A stretch of 63,979 bases of DNA, counting the filler, from Malassezia furfur (taxonomy: Eukaryota): NCBI GenBank assembly GCA_052055015.1. It is 6 parts of 6 records of this genome, joined end to end, with 100 filler letters (N's around TTAATTAATTAA, not from the genome) between each part and the next. Parts side by side here need not be neighbours in the genome. Positions count along the whole stretch, not along the records: positions 55,570 to 63,979 come from JBQJIT010000457.1; 5 more parts are not named here. One strand, given 5' to 3'. The notes beneath the pieces were generated by a model, which was given only the letters and a program-made list of their open reading frames with translations, did no database searches and was not told the DNA's origin. Both the position numbers and the translations under genes were made by a program. Shown piece after piece: positions 56,150 through 63,979 of the stretch. Every line of letters starts with the position of its first letter. The stretch's first letter is position 1.

Positions 56150-58996
56150 TTACGCAAGAAACTGGTTCTCCTTGAGCCAGGCCGCAACGTCCTCCTTGTC
56201 GGCCTCAAGCCACTTGGCCTGCGCACGGATCGAGTCGAGGCTCTGCGCAAGGCTCATGCTGAACTTGGACGTGTCATGCTTCGCAAAGAAGGCCTCGATC
56301 TCGTCCGCATCGCGCGTGCTCGAGAACACGCTCACCGAGTAACGGATCAGGTTGGCCAGCGAGAAGTTGCCTTCGAAGCGGTTCACGAGGTGGTCAAAGT
56401 CCTTCTGGAAGCGCTCCAGCAGCGCACGGCGCGCATCGACGTTCGAGGAGAGCGCCACGAAGAAGTACATGATGTCCTGCGTCTTGACCTTGCCGCCAAA
56501 CACGAAGTCGAGCGTGCGCTGGATCAGCTTGGGGTCGCGCGCACAGCCCAGCGCGTACATGGCCGAGGTCTTGTGCGCGGGCGTGTCGGGGTGGTCGTAC
56601 ACCTTGAACGCCGTCTCGTACTCGGCCTCTCCGCCGTGGCGCACACCTTGCGAGAGCACCGTGCGGAGCAGGTCGGGGTGGATCTGGCTGTCGTCGCTGC
56701 TGTCCCGCAGCGGCGCAAAGCGCAGCATGATCTGCTCGAGCGTCCACGCGTCGCCGGCGGCGGCCGCGGCGCTGATCACCGTCGTGCGCAGCTCACGCAG
56801 GTCCGTCGAGTCGTTCTCGCCGAACTCGAACGAGAGCTCGCGTGCGAGCGGGCCAAAGATGGACGCGCGGAACGCGTTGATCGCGTTGCGCACCTCCTTC
56901 GGCTGCTCCCACCAGACGCTCGAGAGCGACGCCAGGTTCTGCGAGAAGGCCTGGTTCACCAGCGAGCTGAGGTCGTGGCCGCCGAGCAGCTTGGTGAGCG
57001 TCAGCGCGCTCGACGTGCGCGTGTAGTTCGCCTGCGCAAGCTTCCACGCATCGCTCACAAGCCCGACGCGGTCCTCAATGGTGAGCGGCGAGTCCTTCTG
57101 GGCGGCGACCTTGCCGAGGAGTGCCAGGCGCTCAGGGGTGTAGGCCACGCGGTAGACGCCGATCGTGTCGGCGTTCAGCTTCCACACGGCGTCCTTGGCG
57201 TTGGCCAGGGGGATGCGCTTCTCGCGCTCGCCCTCCAGCGCGAGGTCGTAGTCGACCTCGACGCCGCCCTTGCCGGCCTGCTTCAAGGCGAGCGGCACAT
57301 ACCACAGCGTGGCGTCCTCCTCGGCCGAAGGGTCGTCCGTCGAGAGGAAGCGGTTCTGGCGCACCACGAGGCCGTCGTTGTCCTCGGTGACCGTCAGCAC
57401 AGGGAAGCCCTGCTTCAGGATCCAGTTCGACATGATCGCATCGACGTCGCGGCCGGACGCCTTGCTGATGCCATCCCAGAGGTCACGCGTCACGGTGTTG
57501 CCGTAGAGGTGCTTCTTCAGGTAGAGGCTCACGCCCTTCAAAAAGGTCTCCTCGCCGATCACCTGCGACAGCATGCGGAGCACACTGGCACCCTTGGAGT
57601 ACGAGATGGCGTCAAACACCTGGTTGATCGCGTGCTCCACGTCGTCGCCCTTCAGCGGGATCTCGACGGGGTGCGACGAGCGCTTCGCGTCCAGCTCCAG
57701 CGCACGGTTCAGGTGATCGTTGATAAACTGGCTCGCGCTCTTCCACTCGGGGAAAACGCGGTCGAGGATGATCACCTCGCCCATGAGCGTCGCAAACGCC
57801 TCGTTGAGCCACAGGTTGTCCCACCACGCGAGCGTCGCAATGTCGCCGAACCACATGTGGGCCACCTCGTGGCTCTGGACGCCGGCGGTGAGCTTCTTGC
57901 CGGCCAGGCCGCTCTTCTTGTCGTACAAGAAGATGCTCGTGCGACCCGTAATCAGGCCCCAGTTCTCCATCGCGCCCGCGTCAAAGTCGGCCGCGACGAG
58001 CGTGTCAAGCTTCGGCAGGGGGTACTCCACATCAAACACCTTTTCGTACACCGGCAGGATGCGCTCCTTGACCTCGAGCGCAAACTGCGCCTGGTGGATG
58101 TACTCGGGCGTGGTGTAGACACGCATCGGCACCTTGCGGCCCGTCAGCGGCGAGGTGTAGGAGCCCTCGATGTACTTAAACTCACCGTTGCCCCAGGCGA
58201 CCAGGTAGGTCGACACCTTGGGCGTCGTCGCAAACTCGGTCACCTTCCACGACCCCTGGCCGAGTTCGGGCGCCGCAAAGTGCAGCGCGTCGACGAGCAG
58301 CGCGTCGTGGACGCCCTGCGTGTCGAGCGCACGCTCCTTCTCGGCAGGCATGTTGGCGAGCGCCGTCGTGTCCTGGCGGTGGATCATGCGCATCGTGTAC
58401 GTCGCCTTCAGCTCTGGCTCGTCCCACGACGGGAACGCACGGCGCGCCGACGTCGGCTCGAACTGCGTCAACGCATAGTTCGCCTTGCGGCCCTCGTGCT
58501 CCCACGAGGAGCGGTAGTAGCCCATCATGCTGTCGTCGATCTCGCCACGGAACGCGGCCGTGAGCGTGACCTTGGCGCCCTTGGGCAGCTCCTTCTTCAA
58601 CGACACGGTGGCCCGCTCGTGCTGGGCGTCGTGCGCGGGCGACACCTGCTCGCGGTGTCCGTCGTACGAGACGACGACGTCGCTCAGCTCGAGCGCCTTG
58701 CCGGCGTTGAAGACGATCTTGTTCGTGGCGTGCTGCACCTCGAGCGAGATGTCCGCGGCGCCCTGGAAGCGCAGGCGCTCCAGGTCAGAGAGGATGGTGA
58801 GGTCGTAGTGCGTCGGACGCACGTCCGTCGGCAGACGGAACCATTGGGATTCGTCAGTCGTGCTCATTTGGGCGATACGAGCAGGGGTAGAGAAGCCGAG
58901 AGGGGTAAGAATTCGCTGCACAAGGAACGAAGCAAAGAGAAGGATCACGGAAAGCAAAGACGTGGATTCGGTTTCAGCACCTGTCGGCAATCGCAT
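56150..58996 (-). CDS. M1 zinc aminopeptidase (Ape2/puromycin-sensitive type), paralog 1; alternative start 58867
   Basis: FRLP..V.P.HYDL, TQFEP, GAMEN, HEVAH-x18-E, ISYSKG and an ERAP1-like C-terminal domain. Confidence 0.95.
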   Translation of the reverse strand: MRLPTGAETESTSLLSVILLFASFLVQRILTPLGFSTPARIAQMSTTDESQWFRLPTDVRPTHYDLTILSDLERLRFQGAADISLEVQHATNKIVFNAGKALELSDVVVSYDGHREQVSPAHDAQHERATVSLKKELPKGAKVTLTAAFRGEIDDSMMGYYRSSWEHEGRKANYALTQFEPTSARRAFPSWDEPELKATYTMRMIHRQDTTALANMPAEKERALDTQGVHDALLVDALHFAAPELGQGSWKVTEFATTPKVSTYLVAWGNGEFKYIEGSYTSPLTGRKVPMRVYTTPEYIHQAQFALEVKERILPVYEKVFDVEYPLPKLDTLVAADFDAGAMENWGLITGRTSIFLYDKKSGLAGKKLTAGVQSHEVAHMWFGDIATLAWWDNLWLNEAFATLMGEVIILDRVFPEWKSASQFINDHLNRALELDAKRSSHPVEIPLKGDDVEHAINQVFDAISYSKGASVLRMLSQVIGEETFLKGVSLYLKKHLYGNTVTRDLWDGISKASGRDVDAIMSNWILKQGFPVLTVTEDNDGLVVRQNRFLSTDDPSAEEDATLWYVPLALKQAGKGGVEVDYDLALEGEREKRIPLANAKDAVWKLNADTIGVYRVAYTPERLALLGKVAAQKDSPLTIEDRVGLVSDAWKLAQANYTRTSSALTLTKLLGGHDLSSLVNQAFSQNLASLSSVWWEQPKEVRNAINAFRASIFGPLARELSFEFGENDSTDLRELRTTVISAAAAAGDAWTLEQIMLRFAPLRDSSDDSQIHPDLLRTVLSQGVRHGGEAEYETAFKVYDHPDTPAHKTSAMYALGCARDPKLIQRTLDFVFGGKVKTQDIMYFFVALSSNVDARRALLERFQKDFDHLVNRFEGNFSLANLIRYSVSVFSSTRDADEIEAFFAKHDTSKFSMSLAQSLDSIRAQAKWLEADKEDVAAWLKENQFLA

Positions 58997-59330
58997 TTCG
59001 AAGTTTGCGCACCTTGGGGAAGAGCTCGCGGCGCAGGGGGGAGACAGTTGTCAACTGCTTGCTGCGTAGAAGAACGCTGTTCGAGATACGGGCGGAGAGC
59101 AAGCGTACGGATGCTCCACGCCAGCCGATCATACACAGATTAGTCAGGCCGACGATACGTACCCACGGGGCGGAAGATAGGCAATCGCGAGGATCGCGCC
59201 CACCGGGCTGCGCCTTACGTCATGCGTATGATTGGTGGGCAAAACCCCCGCATTCGCGTGGCCTCCGCATGAGGTCCACGACATGGCAACGTGGCGCACG
59301 TCAAGCCGAGGCCCTGCCCCATGCGCAGCA

Positions 59331-59387
59331 CGCCGGCGAGTGCCGCCCGAGCGCCGGCGAGTGCCGCCGGAGTGCCGCCGGAACGCC
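59331..59387. repeat. Short GC-rich direct repeats (cgccggcgagtgccgcc x2 plus partial copies) in the aminopeptidase promoter region
   Basis: 21-nt period, directly visible. Confidence 0.7.
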
Positions 59388-59456
59388 GCAGCCGGTCATG
59401 ACATTCGTACGCTTTGAACACGTAGGTCGCTGTACAACTACATGGTCTGCCCATAG

Positions 59457-60143
59457 CTACGAGGTCCTTTGCAATGGGCGGCCGTCGATCATCTCGTCGA
59501 TCACTTGGATCATGCGCCGCTGCTTTGCCAACGCTTCGGGGTCATTCGTCTCGTAAAACAGGGGGAGCCCCAGCTGGATGAGCACCGCACGTACCTCCTC
59601 CATTGTGATCTGCTGCGCCCGCTGAAGATCGTCCCAGCGCCGAAGCACCTCCCATAGCCAGCGAGCATGCCTTGCTTGGTTGCGTCCGCCCCTGCGTGAG
59701 TGCCTGAAGACGTACTCAGGGCCGCGCAGGTTCTCGCCGTCTCTCCCTATAATCTCTGTGCGCTCCTTGGCCAAGGTACGTTCGAGCTCATGCTGGGCCT
59801 GGCGCATCTGGGTAAGGCATACACGTACGTCACGTAGCTGGGCGGCCACACCTGCGTCCTTCATCCTCTCCTTGAGTTTGGGCAGCGCATCCACAAACGT
59901 CATTTTCCGTGGATCGTCTTTGGGTTTCGCCGGCGCCATGGGATGGCCATGCAGCGTAGGCTGCCATGGGTCGTAGGCCTCTTCGATGGTATCCCGCAGA
60001 AACGCAGGTCGTTTGGGCGCCGCAGCCCAGGGACGATGGGCTCGCTGCGACTCCTGCGGCGGTTGTGCGGCCGCCTTCTCCGCGGCGTCGTCCTGCTCCC
60101 GCAACTTGGTGAGCAATGCCCGCACGCCGCAGGGGTCGTCCAT
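59457..60143 (-). CDS. DUF2458-like conserved fungal protein; introns 59808..59828 (21 nt), 59692..59715 (24 nt), 59574..59594 (21 nt)
   Basis: DPRKMTF.DALP, M...QHELE..L..ER, W..L...QQ..ME.LGLP.F..T.D...L.KQRR. Three GTACGT...CAG inserts with branch sites. Confidence 0.7.
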   Translation of the reverse strand: MDDPCGVRALLTKLREQDDAAEKAAAQPPQESQRAHRPWAAAPKRPAFLRDTIEEAYDPWQPTLHGHPMAPAKPKDDPRKMTFVDALPKLKERMKDAGVAAQLRDVRVCLTQMRQAQHELERTLAKERTEIIGRDGENLRGPEYVFRHSRRGGRNQARHARWLWEVLRRWDDLQRAQQITMEEVRAVLIQLGLPLFYETNDPEALAKQRRMIQVIDEMIDGRPLQRTS

Positions 60144-60241
60144 TGGGAGGAGCCTGGGCTGCAGTCTTTGGTGGAGGCCGCCTCCACACGAGGAGCTTGG
60201 GCCTACCTTGATACTGCCTCCAGCTTCGGTGGCTCGCACGG

Positions 60242-63067
60242 ATGGTGTTGCCGAGCGACATGTCGCTCTCCGGAGTAGTCACCTGGGTGCTTCTTACGGC
60301 CACCGCATGCTGGCAGTACTTCTTTGGTGCGCTCGGCCTCCGTCCCTATACTATGGATGTCGCTAGCACGTCGCCGTCTTTCCGGCTGCCGGCTACAGTG
60401 CAACCGACGCACTACGACCTTACCATCTTTTCGGACCTGGAATCTCTGCACTTCCAGGGCACTGTGAATGTGTCGCTGGACGTCTTGCATACCACACGGC
60501 ACCTTGAATTCAACGCAGGCTCCAACCTCGAACTAAGCCGCGCCTGTGTCTATTGGGAGGGCACGCAGCATTGCGCTGCACCGGTGGTCGACGTGCGTCA
60601 GGAACGCGCGCGTGTCTCCGTCGGTACCCGACTGCCCAAAGGCGCACAAGTGTACATGGCCATCGGTTTCCGCGGCGCTATCGACGATAGCATGAAAGGG
60701 TACTATCGGTCGACGTGGGAGCACAACGGACGCAAGGCGAACTACGCCTTGACGCAGTTTGCACCGATTGCCGCAAGGCGCGCCTTCCCCTCGTGGGACG
60801 AGCCGGACCTCAAAGCGACGTACCAGATGCGCCTTCTTCATCGCCAAGGCACCACGGCGCTGGCCAACATGCCCGTCGTCCGCGAAGCCCCCGTGAACCG
60901 GCACGGTGTGCGCCAGGCTCTGGGCGTGGACGCGCTGCACTTTTCCGCGCCACACCTCGGTGATGCGGTGTGGGTCGAGACCGAGTTTGACGTCACGCCG
61001 AAGATGTCGACCTACCTCGTCGCCTGGGCTGACGGCGAATTCCGCCAGATCCATGGGTCGTATACATCGCCGCTCACGGGCCGCGTCGTTCCTCTGCGGG
61101 TGTACACCACGCCGGAGTACATCCACCAGGCGCAGTATGCCCTCGAGGTGAAGCAAAAGATCCTGCCGGTGTACGAGCGCGTGTTTTCCATTGCGTACCC
61201 CCTGCCGAAACTCGACACGCTCGTTGTGGCCGACTTTGACGCGAACGCGATGGAGAACTGGGGCTTGATCATCGGCCGCACCGCCGGATTCCTGTACGAT
61301 ACCAAGAGCGGCCTGGCTGGGAAAAAGTCCACGGCGAGCCTCGCAAGCCATGAGGTAGCGCACATGTGGTTCGGCGACATTGCTACCATGGCGTGGTGGG
61401 ACGGCCTGTGGCTTAACGAGGCGTTTGCGACTTTTATGGGGGAGGTGATCATCATGGGGCGCGTGTTCCCCGAGTGGAACAGCGCGCGCGGCTTTGTGGC
61501 CGGCCATCTGCGCGGGGCCATGGAGCTGGATGCAAAGCGCTCGTCGCACCCCATCGAAATGCCGATGGAGGGCGACGATCTCGAGAACGCCATCTACCAG
61601 GTGTTTGACGAGATTTCCTACTCCAAAGGTGCGAGCGTCCTCCGCATGCTGTCGCAGATGCTCGGCGAAGAGACCTTCCTGGAGGGCGTCAGCCGCTACC
61701 TCCAAAAGCACCTCTACGGCAACACGGTGACGCGCGATCTCTGGGACGGCATCAGCGAGGCGTCCGGCCGCGACATTGACACCATCATGTCCAGCTGGGT
61801 GCAGCAGCCCGGCTTCCCGGTGCTCACGGTGCGCGAGACGGACGAGGGCCTCTATGTGCGCCAGAACCGCTTCCTCTCCACCGGCGATGTGCACCCAGAG
61901 GAGGATCAGACGCTCTGGCACGTCCCGCTCGCGCTCCGGACGTTCAAGGCGCACAACAGCACCACGCACTACGAGCTGATGCTCAGCGGCGAGCGCGAGA
62001 CGTTTGTGCCTCTGCCGCACGCCACGCGCACGGCATGGAAGCTGAACGCCGATGCCCTGGGCGTCTACCGCGTGGCGTACACCCAGGCGCATCTGCGCCG
62101 GCTGGGCGAGGCTGCGGCCCAGCCGCGCACGCTGCTCTCTCACGAAGACCGCGCAGGGCTGCTCGGCGATGCGTGGGAGCTTGCGCAGGCGCACTACAAT
62201 CGCACGTCGAGTGCACTGTCGCTGTCTATGGCCCTGCGCGGACAGCGCAGTGCGCTCATCAACCAGGTGCTCGACGCCAACGTCGCCAAGCTCGCGAGCG
62301 TCTGGTGGGAGCAGCCCGACGACGTGCGTCAGGCGATCGATGCATTCGCCCGGGCCCTCTTCGGCCCCATGGCCCGTGCGCTGTCGTTCGACGTCGACGA
62401 CGACGACAGCATCGACGTACGGAACGAGCGTGTGACGGCGCTGCGTGCAGCGGCGGCCGCGGGCGATGCATGGGCGCTGCGCGAGATCGATGCGCGGTTT
62501 GCTGCCCTGCGCGACGCCAGCGACGACCGGCAGATCCATCCCGACCTCTTTGGCCTCGTGCTGAGCGAGGCGGTGCGCCGCGGCGGTGCGTCGGCGTACG
62601 ACGTCGCGATGCGTATTTATGAGCACCCTGCGACGCCCGACCACAAGGAGGCCGCGATGGCCGCGCTCAGCAATGCGCGCGAGGCGCGTCTCGTGCAGCG
62701 CACGCTCGATCTCGTGTTCAGCAGCCGGGTCAAGACGCAGGACCTCGGCAGTTTCTTCCGTGCGCTCTCCGAGAACCCCGCGGCGCGGCGGCTGTTCTGG
62801 GCGCGGTTCCAAGCGGAGTTTGCCAACGTGTCCCGGCGCCTGGGCGGCAGCTTTTCGCTTGCGAAACTCGTCCGCGCGTCGGCCAGCTCGTTCACGAGCG
62901 AAGCGGATGCACGGGCGATCGAGCGGTTCTTTGCGACGCAGGATACCGCCGTGTTCAGCATGAGCCTGGCGCAGACGCTCGAGTCGGTGCGCGCGCGTGC
63001 ACGGTGGATCGCGCACGATGCGGACGATGTCGCACACTGGCTCACGGACCACGGCTTCCTAGACTAG
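60242..63067 (+). CDS. M1 zinc aminopeptidase, divergent paralog 2 (TQFAP, NAMEN); alternative start 60353
   Basis: Colinear with paralog 1; HEVAH-x18-E and ISYSKG intact. Confidence 0.93.
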   Translation: MVLPSDMSLSGVVTWVLLTATACWQYFFGALGLRPYTMDVASTSPSFRLPATVQPTHYDLTIFSDLESLHFQGTVNVSLDVLHTTRHLEFNAGSNLELSRACVYWEGTQHCAAPVVDVRQERARVSVGTRLPKGAQVYMAIGFRGAIDDSMKGYYRSTWEHNGRKANYALTQFAPIAARRAFPSWDEPDLKATYQMRLLHRQGTTALANMPVVREAPVNRHGVRQALGVDALHFSAPHLGDAVWVETEFDVTPKMSTYLVAWADGEFRQIHGSYTSPLTGRVVPLRVYTTPEYIHQAQYALEVKQKILPVYERVFSIAYPLPKLDTLVVADFDANAMENWGLIIGRTAGFLYDTKSGLAGKKSTASLASHEVAHMWFGDIATMAWWDGLWLNEAFATFMGEVIIMGRVFPEWNSARGFVAGHLRGAMELDAKRSSHPIEMPMEGDDLENAIYQVFDEISYSKGASVLRMLSQMLGEETFLEGVSRYLQKHLYGNTVTRDLWDGISEASGRDIDTIMSSWVQQPGFPVLTVRETDEGLYVRQNRFLSTGDVHPEEDQTLWHVPLALRTFKAHNSTTHYELMLSGERETFVPLPHATRTAWKLNADALGVYRVAYTQAHLRRLGEAAAQPRTLLSHEDRAGLLGDAWELAQAHYNRTSSALSLSMALRGQRSALINQVLDANVAKLASVWWEQPDDVRQAIDAFARALFGPMARALSFDVDDDDSIDVRNERVTALRAAAAAGDAWALREIDARFAALRDASDDRQIHPDLFGLVLSEAVRRGGASAYDVAMRIYEHPATPDHKEAAMAALSNAREARLVQRTLDLVFSSRVKTQDLGSFFRALSENPAARRLFWARFQAEFANVSRRLGGSFSLAKLVRASASSFTSEADARAIERFFATQDTAVFSMSLAQTLESVRARARWIAHDADDVAHWLTDHGFLD

Positions 63068-63155
63068 GGCGAGGCGCCCGGCCATAGACGTTGAGGCTCC
63101 CCCCGCGCGCGTTTCCGTACGCGTGTGGAGGTCGACTTCCTGCGAAGATTGTGCC

Positions 63156-63979
63156 ATGCCGCCGGAGCGCTCTGGCCGCGCGAACAAGCGCCGACGCGTC
63201 GAAGGCGGCGAGCACCAGCGGCACCGCACGCGCCTTGCGACCGTTCTGAATGTGCCTGAGGCGAGCGGCGTGTTCATGTCGTGTGCGCGTGGCAAGGAAC
63301 GCAAGGCCGCGATGGATCTCGTCGAGGTCCTGAGCGAGGTACGGCGCGCGACTCACGCAGCACTCGGCCGCGCTGTATGGCGATGAAGACGCAGCACCCA
63401 AAGAGGCCGACGGCAAGGCTGGCGAGCCGGCGCCGTCCGCCTCGGACGACATCGAGGCACAGATCCGCGGCGAGCTCGCCGCGTTGCGGGCGCCGCGCAA
63501 GCAGTCGACGCGCGTCACGGCGCTCGACACCGATACGGAGTGCATGTGCTTTGTGCAGTGCACGCCGCCCGTGGACGCCGCGCGCGTCGTGGGGCGCGTC
63601 CTGGAAGACGTGATCAGGACGGGCGAGTCGCGCTCGCGCTTTGTGCAGCGTCTCGCGCCGGTCGACGCGCTGTGCCGCGCCGAGGTCGATGCGATCCGCG
63701 CGACGGCGACGCAGGTGCTGCCGCGCTACTTCCCCGCGGACCGGCCGCGCACGGTACGTGCCTGGGTGCTGACGCAGTACCGCATCGAGCCGCGCATCCG
63801 GTCGCACACGTCGCTCTCGCGCGACGTCCTCATCCCGCTCGTGGCCTCGTGCATCCCGGATTCGGCGGCGCACCGCGCCGACTTGGCGCACCCCGAGGTC
63901 GTGATCCTCGTCGAGGTGCTCAAAAACGTGTGTGGCATCGGCGCCGTGGAGGACTACGAGCGGCTCGGCAAGCTCAATG
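63156..63979 (+). CDS. TAN1: THUMP-domain tRNA acetylation adaptor Tan1 (3'-truncated by window); introns 63339..63360 (22 nt), 63754..63777 (24 nt)
   Basis: GVFMSCARGKERKA, DIEAQIRGEL, RFVQRLAP, YRIEPRIR and H.ADL.HP..VILVEVLKNVCGI. Confidence 0.88.

Noticed and set aside
22490..63052. Very long antisense or alternative-frame ORFs (e.g. 22490..25444+, 29555..31888+, 40330..42627-, 55961..59143+, 60533..63052-)
   Set aside because: Shadow ORFs expected from extreme GC3 bias opposite real genes; they have no recognisable motifs.

Overview
Fungal (basidiomycete) nuclear DNA, almost certainly a Malassezia species, judged by the very high gene density, high GC, tiny GT-AG introns and Ustilaginomycotina-type orthologues. 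The window is six unrelated contigs of about 11 kb, in descending size order. They are joined by artificial 100-nt linkers (N44-TTAATTAATTAA-N44), so adjacency across a linker has no meaning. I can reconstruct about 38 protein genes, mostly housekeeping: TRS85, ASA1, HPM1, UBC8, LSM1, VIP1, BIR1, SPO7, RCY1, two MscS channels, SYF1, two GH5 enzymes, POP3, a MADS factor, VPS10, two HAD phosphatases, DSK2, PRE7, calcineurin A, MTC1, two M1 aminopeptidases and TAN1. Most are split by introns that the ORF track does not show. I see no rRNA, tRNA, CRISPR or transposon. The most interesting signals concern splicing. (1) Of 49 hand-called introns, 26 are only 21-24 nt, and the shortest have the branch A at intron position 16. 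(2) UBC8 appears to need a non-canonical U2-type AT-AC intron directly after its ATG. (3) Several in-frame, stop-free micro-introns would escape NMD if retained. Also notable: a two-intron gene for a 55-aa Tudor/SH3-like microprotein that is missing from the ORF track, a duplicated M1 aminopeptidase with changed substrate-anchoring motifs, a Trp/His octapeptide-repeat protein, a His-rich insert followed by dibasic sites in a glucanase, and a recurrent RTCACGTG promoter motif. All intron calls are inferred from splice signals plus restoration of conserved protein sequence; no RNA data were available.
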